Shown: positions 1-10,559, counted from the stretch's first letter. The stretch: DNA of 64,000 nucleotides from an uncultured Cellvibrionales bacterium (GCA_963933215.1 CAWVSB010000007.1:50773-114772), one strand, 5' to 3'. The notes: generated from the sequence alone by a model not told the origin. Numbers and translations are program-made.

Positions 1-412
1 TGCCACCAAGTCACTGCCATTTAAGGCCGACGATTTAGCCGGCTAATTTAACTACTCCTTCATTTATTTTGCTCACAGCGGTTGCTGACTGCTTATCCCG
101 CCATCTAGCCTTAGATGGTTAACTGACGTTAGTTGTCACATTTTATACCACCCAATTGCCCCACTGCCGCTTGGAGTAATCGGTCGGCAGGGTTGATCTT
201 TAGCATAGCAAGCCCGCAACCACGGCTGAGGTTAAAAACGACAGTCACCCATAACATACCCCAAATGAGGGTGACGTTTGCGCTCGAAATATTCCAGAAT
301 GCAATCATCAACAACCGATAAGGTTAGCGATCAAAACAACTGCTGGAAATAGTCAGCAGTGTTTACGCCCTTTCATAGCAACGTTAAACAACGACATAAT
401 AAGGTGTGCATC

Positions 413-1588
413 ATGGCCCTAGCAAATATTCAGCAACAATCTCCGGCGCAAGCCATGATGGATCAAATTATTGCCATGCAGCCGCGCTTGCGGGAGCGTT
501 CAGGGCAAAATAGAACCGATCGAAAAGTAGCACAAGCTACTGTCGACGAACTGCAGGAGCTAGGTTTCTTTTTGGCATTACAGCCTAGGCAATACGGCGG
601 CCTCGAATTAAGTCCTCAAGATTTCTTTGCCTCGCAAATGGCCATAGCTGAAGGCTGTATGTCCAGTGCTTGGGCATGTGGAATTATTGCTGTGCATTCG
701 TTTCAAATAGCATTAATGGATGATCGAGCCCAGCAGGATGTTTGGGGCGAGGATGTAAATACGCGGGTGTCTTCTTCTTATGCCCCAATGGGTAAAGTCG
801 AGCCGGTCGAAGGCGGATTTAAATTCAGCGGCCGTTGGGGCTGGTCAAGCGGCTGTGACCATTGCAGTTGGGTATTATTGGGCGGTATTATTGCCGGCGA
901 AGGTTACCGCACATTTTTGATTCCGAAAGAAGATTACACCATCGAAGATACCTGGCAGTCTATGGGTCTGCAAGGGACTGGCAGCAACGATATTATTGTC
1001 AACGATGTTTTTGTGCCCGATTACCGTACCCACAAACAAATGGACGGCTTTTTGATTAAAAATCCGGGCAAAGCAGTTAATCCACAGCCATTATTTCAAT
1101 TGCCATGGGCCCAAATTTTTGCCCGCACAGTATCTACTCCCGCAATCGGAGCGTGTAAAGAAGCGCTACGCTTATATAAGCAAGGAGCGCTTAACAAGCA
1201 AAGTAACGACCCGACTAAGCTAGCTGGTGATACCGCTACCCAAGAGCGTATTGCTCGTGCCCAACACGAAATCGATGCTATGGAAGCGCTACTATTTCGC
1301 AACTTTGATCGGATGACGGATCTGGTCAATGCCGGCGAACAAGTTCCCTTAGATGATAGAATTCACTACCGTTATCAGGCCTCTCTGGTAATAGAAAAAT
1401 CAATAGAAGTCGTCGATTTGTTATTTGAAGTCGCAGGTGGCGGCTCGGTGTTTTTGGGTAGTGAAATCCAACAGCGGTTTCTTGATATTCATACTGCCAG
1501 AGCACATGTTGCAAATAATCCAGTAGGCTTTGCCCGTAACTTAGGCTCGGTAGCACTGGGTGGCGAGAATAAGGATATGTTTGTTTAA
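413..1588 (+). CDS. Flavin-dependent monooxygenase with acyl-CoA dehydrogenase fold (HsaA / HpaH-C2-like)
   Basis: ORF 359..1588. The ATG at 413 (MALANIQQ) is preceded by AAGG. The 391-aa length and the GRWGWSSG-type segment fit ACAD-fold oxygenases. Family assigned from memory of homologues, not a search. Confidence 0.55.
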   Translation: MALANIQQQSPAQAMMDQIIAMQPRLRERSGQNRTDRKVAQATVDELQELGFFLALQPRQYGGLELSPQDFFASQMAIAEGCMSSAWACGIIAVHSFQIALMDDRAQQDVWGEDVNTRVSSSYAPMGKVEPVEGGFKFSGRWGWSSGCDHCSWVLLGGIIAGEGYRTFLIPKEDYTIEDTWQSMGLQGTGSNDIIVNDVFVPDYRTHKQMDGFLIKNPGKAVNPQPLFQLPWAQIFARTVSTPAIGACKEALRLYKQGALNKQSNDPTKLAGDTATQERIARAQHEIDAMEALLFRNFDRMTDLVNAGEQVPLDDRIHYRYQASLVIEKSIEVVDLLFEVAGGGSVFLGSEIQQRFLDIHTARAHVANNPVGFARNLGSVALGGENKDMFV

Positions 1589-1681
1589 CACGGTGGCCAA
1601 GCAAGGCACTCACAACAAGAGAGGCTAGCACTGGCGGCAATTGAGCTAACCACTAACAAAGGTAACAGTGAAGCTGCCAAC

Positions 1682-2287
1682 CTACTCCTTTTGCCAGTGT
1701 AACAATCGATTATTAGCAGGCATCTCATTGTCTGCTAATAACTTAAACCCTTGCTCGCTAGCCAGTTCATCCACTGCTTCGAAATCGCGAATCCCACTAC
1801 CTTCGTTTTGCTGCGCTAGCAACATATCAAACCGGGCATTACTGTTGCTGGTATATTTACCTGCGTAATTAAACGGCCCGTATACACACAGCGAAGAGCA
1901 GTTAGGTAAATATTCGCCCACCCCTTTAAAAAAATTTTGTACCGACGGCCATGACATTATATGCAGTGTATTAGCGGAAAAAACCCCGTCAACATCATCC
2001 GCTAACGGCCACTGCTTATCGTTTACATTAAACGATAGAGGTTTAATAAGGTTAGGTAAATTTGCCTCAGCTAACCACTGGTTAATGCCAGCATGGTACT
2101 GCGGTTGGTCGGTTGTTTGCCAAACTAGCTGCGGCAAGTGTTTGGCGAAATGTACGCTGTGCTGACCAGTACCAGTACCTATTTCAAGTATTTTTTTATT
2201 ATCGTTAAATGCCGTTATTAGCCGCTCTAAAATAACGCCTTTGTTGTTTTCGCAAGCTTGGGAAAATGGCTTTGTCATTATCTCCAT
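1682..2287 (-). CDS. DUF938 family class I SAM-dependent methyltransferase
   Basis: 201-aa ORF with the SAM-binding motif ILEIGTGTGQH. Its start overlaps the yaaA stop by 1 nt (TAATG). Confidence 0.7.
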   Translation of the reverse strand: MEIMTKPFSQACENNKGVILERLITAFNDNKKILEIGTGTGQHSVHFAKHLPQLVWQTTDQPQYHAGINQWLAEANLPNLIKPLSFNVNDKQWPLADDVDGVFSANTLHIMSWPSVQNFFKGVGEYLPNCSSLCVYGPFNYAGKYTSNSNARFDMLLAQQNEGSGIRDFEAVDELASEQGFKLLADNEMPANNRLLHWQKE

Positions 2288-3060
2288 TATTGCTCTGGGC
2301 GGGTAAATACCCAGTCGCTGCCAGCTGTCATATCACTATTAAAGCGGTAACCCTCAATATTAAAGCCTTTGATATCTTCTGCCTTGTTAATTTTGTTGTT
2401 AATAATATAGGCAGCCATCATGCCGCGGGCTTTTTTGGCATAAAAGCTAATAATTTTATATTTGCCGTTTTTATAGTCTTTAAATACTGGTGTCACCATA
2501 TCGGCGTCTAATTGTTTTAACTGCACCGATTTAAAATACTCATTAGAAGCTAGATTAACTAACACCTTATTACCAGAATCTTTAATGTCTTGGTTAAGAA
2601 GGTCGGTGATTTTATTATCCCAAAACTGATATAAGTCTTTGCCGCTTTGGTTGGCAAATTTGGTGCCCATTTCTAGGCGGTAGGCTTGCATTAAATCTAA
2701 TGGGCGCAATAAGCCATAGAGGCCAGACAAAATGCGTAAATGCTTTTGCGCAAAAGTAAACTCTGCGGCACTAAAGGTCTCAGCTTGCATACCGGTATAG
2801 ACATCGCCTTTAAAAGCCAATACTGCTGCGCGGGCGTTGCTGCTATCAAACGGTTGCTGGAACGCTTGAAAACGGTCATAGTTTAGCGTGCCTATTTTGT
2901 CGCTAACTGACATTAAGTTTGAAATGTCATGGGGTGCTAGCTTTTGCAATTGGTTAATTAATTGCTGGGACTGGTCTAAAAACCTTGGCTGGCTATTTTT
3001 AGTGGTTGTCAAAGGTGATTCATAATCTAACGTTTTGGCAGGGGATATAACCATTAACAT
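2287..3060 (-). CDS. yaaA: Peroxide stress protein YaaA (UPF0246/DUF328)
   Basis: 257 aa. The N-terminus MLMVISPAKTLDYESPLTT and the internal LAFKGDVYTG, LRILSGLYGLLRPLD and ISFYAKKARG closely match E. coli YaaA as I recall it. Confidence 0.9.
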   Translation of the reverse strand: MLMVISPAKTLDYESPLTTTKNSQPRFLDQSQQLINQLQKLAPHDISNLMSVSDKIGTLNYDRFQAFQQPFDSSNARAAVLAFKGDVYTGMQAETFSAAEFTFAQKHLRILSGLYGLLRPLDLMQAYRLEMGTKFANQSGKDLYQFWDNKITDLLNQDIKDSGNKVLVNLASNEYFKSVQLKQLDADMVTPVFKDYKNGKYKIISFYAKKARGMMAAYIINNKINKAEDIKGFNIEGYRFNSDMTAGSDWVFTRPEQ

Positions 3061-3192
3061 GGCGGGGTTTCTCCGTATGTTTACTACTGTGTCTGTAATT
3101 TAGGACTAATTCTATTACACTACCACAGCTTTGATAAAAATTGGCCCGACATTTTTTAGGGATATTTAGCGTAATAATAAAAGGTAGTAAGA

Positions 3193-4758
3193 GTGGATTT
3201 TATGATGCTTTGGCAACAGACGGTTTCTCAGGTGGTCGCCGGTTTTTGCATGGTTTTTGTTACTGCTTGCAGCGTCAACCCCGTGACGGGTGAAAACGAG
3301 CTAAGCTTGATGTCGCAAAACGACGAATTGAATGTTGGCAATGAGCAGTATTCGCCCACCCAACAAAGCCAGGGCGGGCAATACTATCTCGACAGCGAAC
3401 TCACTTTTTATGTGTCGTCGGTGGGTTCAAAACTAGCAGCAGTAAGTGACCGCCCTGACCTGCCTTATGAGTTTGTTATATTAAATAATTCTGTACCCAA
3501 TGCCTGGGCCTTGCCTGGCGGTAAAATTGCCCTAAATCGTGGTCTATTATTAGAACTACAAGACGAGGCCGAGCTGGCCGCTGTGTTAGGTCATGAGATT
3601 GTTCACGCCGCGGCTAGACACACCGCTGCGCGGATGACTAAAAATCAACTTCTTGGCGTTGGCGTTGCAGTGCTGGGAATGAGTCTTAACGGCAATGAGT
3701 ACCAAGGATTAATTTTAGGCAGCGCGGCGCTTGGTTCACAACTGGTACAAAGTAAATACGGCCGTGATGCGGAACTAGAGTCAGACTATTACGGCATGGA
3801 GTATATGGCCAAAGCAGGCTATGACATACAAGGAGCGGTAGAGTTACAAAAGACTTTTGTGCGGTTATCGAAAGGCCAGCAAAGCGACATTATTAGTGGT
3901 CTGTTTGCCAGCCACCCCCCCTCCCAAGAACGGGTTGACACCAACGTTGCCACCGCTATTGAACTAGGTGCTGGCGGGGTTAGAAACAAAGCCGTTTATC
4001 AACAGCGTATTGCCCAGCTTAACAAAGATAGGCCAGCTTACCAGGCCCATGATAAAGGCAGAAAAGCACTACAAGACAAAGACTATAGCGCGGCGTTAAC
4101 TTTCGCTAACACCGCAATTGGCATGCAGCCAAAAGAAAGTATTTTCTATGAGCTTAAAGGGATAGGTCTAGAAGGCAGCGGCAATAAACAAGAGGCTTTA
4201 GCTAGTTATAACCAAGCTATCAAACTAAATAAGCAATTGTTTAGTCATTACTTACAGCGCGGCTTACTAAAACAAACGATGGGTGACAATAAGGGCGCTG
4301 AGGCTGATTTAACCGCCAGCAAAAAACTATTGCCAACCCAAGAAGCCGCAAATGCCTTAGGTAAAGCGTCTTTCGCTCAGGGTAAAACAGACCAAGCAGT
4401 CGCTAACTTGCAAGCAAGTGCCGCCGCCGGCGGCGTACTCGGCCAGCAATCGCGACTATTGCTAGAGCAGATTGAGCTGCCAACAAATCCTGCGAAATAC
4501 CTGCCCGCCAAATTAGGTTTAAATAGTAATGGCTACTTAACAGTTCTTATCGGTAATAGAGCCAGTATCACTATAACCAACCCAGTTATTGAAATTTTAC
4601 AGTATGATGGCCAATGGCGCAGCGCCAAGCAGTTTACTGTTATGCAAAATATAGCCTCGGGCAAACAGCTAGCAGCAATTGACACTGGCATTGGCCCACT
4701 AACGGCTGAACAAGCTAGGTATTACCGTGCACGGGTGATTAAGTTCAGTAGTGATTAA
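3193..4758 (+). CDS. M48 family zinc metalloprotease with C-terminal TPR repeats, probable lipoprotein (BepA-like)
   Basis: HExxH motif (GHEIVHAAARH), a lipobox-like VTAC near the N-terminus, and a TPR-like helical repeat region in the C-terminal half. The start is either GTG 3193 or ATG 3202. Confidence 0.75.
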   Translation: MDFMMLWQQTVSQVVAGFCMVFVTACSVNPVTGENELSLMSQNDELNVGNEQYSPTQQSQGGQYYLDSELTFYVSSVGSKLAAVSDRPDLPYEFVILNNSVPNAWALPGGKIALNRGLLLELQDEAELAAVLGHEIVHAAARHTAARMTKNQLLGVGVAVLGMSLNGNEYQGLILGSAALGSQLVQSKYGRDAELESDYYGMEYMAKAGYDIQGAVELQKTFVRLSKGQQSDIISGLFASHPPSQERVDTNVATAIELGAGGVRNKAVYQQRIAQLNKDRPAYQAHDKGRKALQDKDYSAALTFANTAIGMQPKESIFYELKGIGLEGSGNKQEALASYNQAIKLNKQLFSHYLQRGLLKQTMGDNKGAEADLTASKKLLPTQEAANALGKASFAQGKTDQAVANLQASAAAGGVLGQQSRLLLEQIELPTNPAKYLPAKLGLNSNGYLTVLIGNRASITITNPVIEILQYDGQWRSAKQFTVMQNIASGKQLAAIDTGIGPLTAEQARYYRARVIKFSSD

Positions 4759-4802
4759 CTAAATGCTGGGGCTATAATAGCGCCACAATAATAATTTAAG
4801 CA

Positions 4803-5339
4803 GTGTTAATGGTGACAAAAAATTTTATATCTCGTATCACTGCCGCATTTGATGCCATTAGCGAATGGCTAGGCCGAACGGTTGCGTGGTTAATTTTAGC
4901 CATGGCGATTGCTACCGGCGCAGTAGTCGTTATACGTTACCTTCTTGGCTCCGGCTCTATTGCGCTGCAAGAGTCGATCAGCTATCTGCATGCTACCGTT
5001 TTTATGCTGGGCATTTGCTATACATTAAAGCATGACCAACATGTCCGGGTTGATGTTTTTTATCAAGGCTTTTCAGCCATCACTCGAGCTTGGGTTAATG
5101 CTATCGGTAGTATCATTTTTGTTTTCCCCCTATGTGTTTTTATTATTTTTATTAGCCTTACCTATGTCGGTAATTCCTGGGTAATTAGAGAGGGATCTGC
5201 CGACCCTGGCGGCATTCACGGCGTTTATTTACTAAAAACCTTAATACCTATTTTGGGTGTTACTTTGCTGATGCAGGCGGTCAGTGTGGTGTTAACCAAT
5301 TGTGCGACATTAATGGCGTTTTATGGCAGCAAAGAATGA
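4803..5339 (+). CDS. TRAP transporter small permease (DctQ-type, COG4665-like)
   Basis: 178-aa protein with 4 TM segments, directly upstream of the large permease and sharing an ATGA overlap with it. Confidence 0.75.
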   Translation: MLMVTKNFISRITAAFDAISEWLGRTVAWLILAMAIATGAVVVIRYLLGSGSIALQESISYLHATVFMLGICYTLKHDQHVRVDVFYQGFSAITRAWVNAIGSIIFVFPLCVFIIFISLTYVGNSWVIREGSADPGGIHGVYLLKTLIPILGVTLLMQAVSVVLTNCATLMAFYGSKE

Positions 5340-6706
5340 TCGCTGAGTTTGCGCCACTAATTTTGTTCTTTGCAGTGTGCGTCATGTTAATGGCAGGGTT
5401 TCCAGTGGCCTTTACGCTTGCAGGTACGGCACTGTTTGGGGCTGCCATTGGTATTTTAACCGGCACCTTTGATGCCCAAATAATGGGAGCCTTTCCCAAC
5501 CGTTTGTTTGGCACCATGACTAACACCACCCTTACCGCAGTGCCCTTGTTTGTTTTAATGGGCGTATTGCTGGAACGGTCTAAACTAGCTGAAGACCTGC
5601 TAGACGCCATGGCCAGTTTGTTTGGCAAGATGCCGGGCGGCTTAAGCATTTCAGTCATTTTAGTTGGCGCGTTGCTGGCCGCCAGTACCGGTATTGTAGG
5701 AGCCACTGTGGTAACGATGGGCTTAATGTCGTTGCCCACCATGTTAAAGCGCGGCTATGACCCCGCTATTGCCTGTGGCAGTATTTGCGCAACCGGCACC
5801 TTAGGACAAATTATTCCGCCATCGATAGCGCTGGTTTTATTGGGCGATATTTTGTCCAGTAGCTATCAACAAGCTCAATTAGCCCAAGGTAACTTCACCC
5901 CCGATACAATTTCGGTGGGCGACCTATTCGTTGGCGCGCTTATTCCGGGGCTAATATTAGTAGGTATGTATATTAGTTATATTGCTTTGGTCGCTTGGCT
6001 AAAACCACATTTAGTACCGCCAATAGAGCAAGTTAAAAAACCAACGACTAAAAAGCTACTGCAGGCGTTATTACCACCATTAATTTTAATCGCAATCGTG
6101 TTGGGTTCTATTCTCGCTGGCGCCGCTACGCCAACGGAAGCGGCAGGAGTGGGCGCAGTGGGGGCTGCTATTTTAGCTTTTGCCAAAGGTCAGCTAGACC
6201 TTCGGCGCGCTCATGAAGTGGCGATTAATACCTTAGAAGTTACCTCAATGGTATTTATGATTTTGATTGGCGCAGCAGTATTTTCGTTAGTGTTTAGAGG
6301 CTTTGGCGGCGAGCTTTTAATTGCTGATTTGTTTGCCCAAATGCCGGGCGGTGTTATCGGCGCCACCGCAGTAGTAATGCTGGTGATATTCTTACTCGGC
6401 TTCATTTTAGACTTTATTGAAATCACCTTTGTGGTAGTGCCAATTGTTGCCCCTATTTTATTAGCTATGGGAATAGATCCATTATGGTTAGGTATTATGA
6501 TAGCGGTAAATCTGCAAACCTCGTTTTTAACACCGCCATTCGGTTTTGCGCTGTTTTATTTGCGTGGCGTTGCGCCGGCAGAAGTACAAACGCTACAAAT
6601 TTATAAGGGCGTTTTGCCCTTTATCGTGTTACAAATAGCACTGCTAATAATATTAACAGTATGGCCAGAGTTAATAACTTGGCTGCCTAGTGTTGTTTAC
6701 AAATAA
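5336..6706 (+). CDS. TRAP transporter large permease (DctM-type, COG4664-like)
   Basis: Polytopic membrane ORF 5300..6706. The ATG at 5336 overlaps the dctQ stop (ATGA), which suggests translational coupling. Confidence 0.85.
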   Translation: MIAEFAPLILFFAVCVMLMAGFPVAFTLAGTALFGAAIGILTGTFDAQIMGAFPNRLFGTMTNTTLTAVPLFVLMGVLLERSKLAEDLLDAMASLFGKMPGGLSISVILVGALLAASTGIVGATVVTMGLMSLPTMLKRGYDPAIACGSICATGTLGQIIPPSIALVLLGDILSSSYQQAQLAQGNFTPDTISVGDLFVGALIPGLILVGMYISYIALVAWLKPHLVPPIEQVKKPTTKKLLQALLPPLILIAIVLGSILAGAATPTEAAGVGAVGAAILAFAKGQLDLRRAHEVAINTLEVTSMVFMILIGAAVFSLVFRGFGGELLIADLFAQMPGGVIGATAVVMLVIFLLGFILDFIEITFVVVPIVAPILLAMGIDPLWLGIMIAVNLQTSFLTPPFGFALFYLRGVAPAEVQTLQIYKGVLPFIVLQIALLIILTVWPELITWLPSVVYK

Positions 6707-6728
6707 TTTTATTTAACGAGCATAAAAC

Positions 6729-7118
6729 ATGTCACAAATAGATACCGCGCCAACCCCCAACGGCGAGCTTGCCCTTCAAACATTTGCTATGCCTGCCAAT
6801 ACTAATGCCCACGGGGATATCTTTGGTGGCTGGTTAGTATCACAAATGGATTTGGCCGGCAGTATTGCAGCAGGTCGCGAGGCTAAAGGTCGAGTGGCTA
6901 CCGTTGCCATTGATAAAATGAACTTCATGGTGCCAGTAAAAGTTGGCGCTATTGTGAGCTGTTATAGCGCTATCGGCTCAGTCGGGCGAAGCTCTATCGA
7001 AGTTAATATTGAGGTGTGGGTTAGCTATACTGACAATCCAGAACAAACCAAAGTAACGGAAGGGGTCTTTGTGTTTGTTGGTATTGACCAAAATGGCCGT
7101 ACCAGGCAGATTACATAA
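6729..7118 (+). CDS. Acyl-CoA thioesterase, hotdog fold (YciA-like)
   Basis: 129 aa with NTNAHGDIFGGWLVSQMDLAG, typical of YciA-type thioesterases. Lies 22 bp downstream of dctM. Confidence 0.75.
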   Translation: MSQIDTAPTPNGELALQTFAMPANTNAHGDIFGGWLVSQMDLAGSIAAGREAKGRVATVAIDKMNFMVPVKVGAIVSCYSAIGSVGRSSIEVNIEVWVSYTDNPEQTKVTEGVFVFVGIDQNGRTRQIT

Positions 7119-7127
7119 ATCTGCCTG
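7103..7127. terminator. Perfect 9-bp hairpin between the convergent yciA-like and dctP genes (possible terminator, no clear U-tract)
   Basis: CAGGCAGAT (7103-7111), a 7-nt loop, then ATCTGCCTG (7119-7127). It overlaps the thioesterase stop codon. Confidence 0.35.
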
Positions 7128-7133
7128 ATAGGT

Positions 7134-8267
7134 TTATAAATCTCTAGCGTCTAAATACGCTTGTTCTGAAATATGATGATAGTTTATCACTCCTTTTTGA
7201 TAGGCGGTAAACGAGTCATAAATTTCTTTGGCTAGTGGCGAGTCTTCCGATAACTCGACTAATACCTCAGCTGAAATCGTTTTCAATTCTTTTAAGACAT
7301 CATCTGGCAGTTTGCGTAGCTCTACGCCGTGATTATCGACCAAGTCGGTTAGTGCTCTGTTATTAAGCGCTGTATATTGATCTAACATATCTTGGTTAAC
7401 TGCTCTGGTAGCAACAGTTAGAATATGTTGCAAATCTGCTGGTAAGCTATCCCACGCATCTTGGTTAACAATTGCTTCCAAGGTTGGGCCTGGCTCATGC
7501 CAACCCGGGTAATAATAATATTTTGCCACCTTATGTAAACCAAAAGCTTGGTCGTTGTAAGGGCCAACCCATTCAGTTGCATCGATAACCCCCGTTTGTA
7601 GCGAGGTAAATAACTCACCACCAGGCAAGCTAACAGCAGTACCGCCAGCCCGGGTGAACACCTCTCCAGCAAGTCCAGGGATACGCATTTTTAAACCACG
7701 GATATCAGCTATAGAATTTATTTCTCGATTAAACCAGCCAGCCATTTGCACGCCGGTATTGCCGCCAGCTAAAGGGTACAGACCAAAAGGGGCATAAGCT
7801 CTGCGCCATAATTCTAAACCACCGCCATGATGCAGCCAGCCATTCATTTCTTGTGCAGTTAGGCCAAACGGTACCGCGGTGAAGAAAGACGATACGGCTA
7901 GCTTTCCTTTCCAATAATATGCGGCGCCATGGCCCATTTCGGCAGTGCCTTCAGATACTGCTTCAAACACTTGCATGGCCGGTACAATTTCGCCAGCACC
8001 GTAAACGTCAATCAGTAAGCGGCCGTCACTCATCTCATTAACCCACTCGGCTAATCGCTCTGGCGAGGTCCCTAAACCAGGAAAGTTTTTTGGCCATGTC
8101 GTCACCAGTTTCCAGCGGAAGATTTTATCTGATTTAGTAACTTGAGCCGTTTCAGCTATTTCTTGTTTTGCGGTAGTTAACGTTAAAGCGCCAATGCAAA
8201 CCACTAACGCGGCAATGAGCACTAATATAATGACCGGCATTTTACTATTGAGTCTTGCGTTGTTCAT
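7134..8267 (-). CDS. TRAP transporter substrate-binding protein (DctP-type, COG4663-like)
   Basis: 377 aa with an N-terminal signal/anchor. The WKLVTTWPKNFPGLG and GAAYYWKGK segments are typical of this solute-receptor family. Confidence 0.8.
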   Translation of the reverse strand: MNNARLNSKMPVIILVLIAALVVCIGALTLTTAKQEIAETAQVTKSDKIFRWKLVTTWPKNFPGLGTSPERLAEWVNEMSDGRLLIDVYGAGEIVPAMQVFEAVSEGTAEMGHGAAYYWKGKLAVSSFFTAVPFGLTAQEMNGWLHHGGGLELWRRAYAPFGLYPLAGGNTGVQMAGWFNREINSIADIRGLKMRIPGLAGEVFTRAGGTAVSLPGGELFTSLQTGVIDATEWVGPYNDQAFGLHKVAKYYYYPGWHEPGPTLEAIVNQDAWDSLPADLQHILTVATRAVNQDMLDQYTALNNRALTDLVDNHGVELRKLPDDVLKELKTISAEVLVELSEDSPLAKEIYDSFTAYQKGVINYHHISEQAYLDARDL

Positions 8268-8292
8268 TTATTTTGTACTCTTATTTTTTTAA

Positions 8293-10443
8293 TTATATTG
8301 CTTGCAAGCCAGCATATTGCAGCACCAACCACTTGCTACCTTCGTTATCAAAATTGACTTGTACACGGGCGTTATCACCATGGCCTTCAACATTTAATAC
8401 TGTGCCTTCACCAAACACTTGATGGAATACCCGACCACCTAGGCTTATCCCCTGCTGTGGCTCAGTCTCGTCTGGCGCACCAAATAATACCGGTCTGGTA
8501 ATCTGAGCGCCAAGTCGGACTTCTTGTAAACATTCGGGCGGAATCTCGCGCAAAAAACGCGATGGCGCATTGAAGTTATCACTGCCGTATAAACGACGGC
8601 ACTCGGCATAACTAATGTATAATTTAACCATCGCGCGGGTAATACCGACATAGCACAAGCGTCGCTCTTCCTCTAGTCGCTCAGGATCTTCAGCTGACAT
8701 TTTATGTGGGAAAAGATTTTCTTCAACGCCGGCAATAAACACTGTATGGAACTCTAATCCCTTGGCCGAATGCAGTGTCATTAACTGCACGGCATCTTCA
8801 AACTCATCGGCTTGGGCATCACCCGCATCAAGGGCAGCAGTATCTAAAAACTGTTGCAGTGGCGTACCATTTTCATCTTCGTCCCAGGCAAAAGCCCTAG
8901 TGGCAACAACCAGCTCTTGTAAGTTTTCTACCCGCGCTTGGCTTTTCTCGCCTTTCTCATTGCGATGGAATTCTAATAAGCCAGAGGCGTCGATAATATG
9001 GTCAACCTGCTCGTGCAGAGGCAGCTCATTCGTGCCTTCAGTAAGGTCGGCAAGGAGCTGAAGAAAGTTACTAATGTTGCTGGCAGCCCTTGCAGGCAAA
9101 ATATTTTTCTCAACCATAGTGCTAGCCGACTGCCATAAAGACGCGCCATGTTCACGGGCAAACAACCGCAGATTTTCAACTGATTTAGCGCCTATGCCTC
9201 GCGTAGGGGTATTGATAACTCGCTCAAATGCTATGTCGTCGTGAGGGTTATTTAGTAACCGCAGGTATGACAAGGCATTTTTAATTTCTAACCGTTCATA
9301 AAAACGATGCCCACCGTAAACTCTGTACGGTACACCAGCGCGCAACAATGAGTCTTCTAGTACTCTTGATTGTGCATTGGAGCGATACAATATGGCGCAA
9401 TCACTTTTAGCGACCTCTTGGGAAGCTTGTTGAATTTGCTCAACGATAAAGTTAGCTTCATCGACTTCGTTAAAGCCGGCATACAGAGAAATTTTTTCGC
9501 CTTTTTCGCCTGCCGTCCACAGCTCTTTGCCAAGACGCCCTTGATTGCGAGAGATTACTTCGTTAGCAGCCTGCAGTATGGTTTCAGTCGAGCGATAATT
9601 TTGTTCAAGCTTGGTTATTTGAGTATCAGGAAAATCTTCACTAAAGCGCTGAATGTTTTCTATTTTGGCCCCGCGCCAACCATAAATAGATTGGTCGTCG
9701 TCGCCGACGGCGGTAACTTTGCAGTTATTGCCAGCTAACACTCTAAGCCATGCGTACTGCACCGCATTAGTGTCTTGAAACTCATCAACTAATAAGTGAC
9801 TAAAACGCTGTTGATAGTGCTCAAGTATTGCTGGTTTTTTCAACCATAGCTCATGGGAGCGTAATAATAACTCTCCAAAATCAACCAAGCCACCACGCTG
9901 ACACAACTCTTCATAGTGCTGATAAATTCGCACCATCGTCTTATGGTGTAAATCGCCCCAATCATCAATATGAGCAGCGCGTTTACCCTCATCTTTTTGA
10001 CTATTAATAAACCACTGTGACTGCCTTGGCGGCCATTGGGAATCATCTAGATCTAAGGCACGGGTGACTCGCTTTACCACTCGGAGTTGATCGTCAGAAT
10101 CTAAGATTTGAAAGTTCTCTGGCAGACCTGCATCCAGCCAGTGACTTTTTAACAAGCGGTGCGCCAAGCCATGAAAGGTGCCCACCCACATGCCTCGCAA
10201 ACTTGAGCCTTGTAGGTCTTCAATGCGATTACGCATCTCTTTAGCAGATTTGTTAGTAAAGGTTACTGCCATAATACTGTAAGGCGATACCTTCTCGGTT
10301 TGCATTAACCACGCAATGCGATGAACCAAGACGCGAGTTTTGCCGCTACCCGCACCGGCCAAAATAAGTTGATTGCCTGACTCAGCGCAAACCGCATTGC
10401 GCTGGGCATCGTTTAATGAGTCAATTATTGAAGTTACATCCAT
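8293..10443 (-). CDS. uvrD: DNA helicase II UvrD
   Basis: 716 aa with Walker A AGAGSGKTRVL, SF1 helicase motifs (DEFQDTN, TLHSAKGLEF) and a UvrD-type C-terminal tail. Confidence 0.9.
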   Translation of the reverse strand: MDVTSIIDSLNDAQRNAVCAESGNQLILAGAGSGKTRVLVHRIAWLMQTEKVSPYSIMAVTFTNKSAKEMRNRIEDLQGSSLRGMWVGTFHGLAHRLLKSHWLDAGLPENFQILDSDDQLRVVKRVTRALDLDDSQWPPRQSQWFINSQKDEGKRAAHIDDWGDLHHKTMVRIYQHYEELCQRGGLVDFGELLLRSHELWLKKPAILEHYQQRFSHLLVDEFQDTNAVQYAWLRVLAGNNCKVTAVGDDDQSIYGWRGAKIENIQRFSEDFPDTQITKLEQNYRSTETILQAANEVISRNQGRLGKELWTAGEKGEKISLYAGFNEVDEANFIVEQIQQASQEVAKSDCAILYRSNAQSRVLEDSLLRAGVPYRVYGGHRFYERLEIKNALSYLRLLNNPHDDIAFERVINTPTRGIGAKSVENLRLFAREHGASLWQSASTMVEKNILPARAASNISNFLQLLADLTEGTNELPLHEQVDHIIDASGLLEFHRNEKGEKSQARVENLQELVVATRAFAWDEDENGTPLQQFLDTAALDAGDAQADEFEDAVQLMTLHSAKGLEFHTVFIAGVEENLFPHKMSAEDPERLEEERRLCYVGITRAMVKLYISYAECRRLYGSDNFNAPSRFLREIPPECLQEVRLGAQITRPVLFGAPDETEPQQGISLGGRVFHQVFGEGTVLNVEGHGDNARVQVNFDNEGSKWLVLQYAGLQAI

Positions 10444-10559
10444 TGCGCTATTCTATCAGGCAAGAACATTCTAGGCACCGTAAATAGCGGTAAAGACTAG
10501 CAATGTTTTGCAGTGCAGTTAAACTAACGATAATTATTTTCAGCGGATATGACTTGTTT

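Noticed and set aside
129-321. A mutually antisense ORF pair (129-314 minus, 133-321 plus) upstream of the monooxygenase gene.
   Set aside because: Neither has a convincing RBS or recognisable similarity, and I cannot tell which, if either, is real. A truncated upstream ORF ending at position 46 and a 7-bp hairpin at 101-118 were also too weak to call.
5281-5742. A 153-aa minus-strand ORF inside dctM. Similar long antisense ORFs occur at 44443-44934 (in the BASS gene), 47380-47730 (in the TonB receptor gene), 56088-56510 (in glyS) and 22225-22611 (in atpB).
   Set aside because: All lie entirely within well-supported genes on the other strand. Their products are low-complexity or compositionally odd, so they are typical shadow ORFs.
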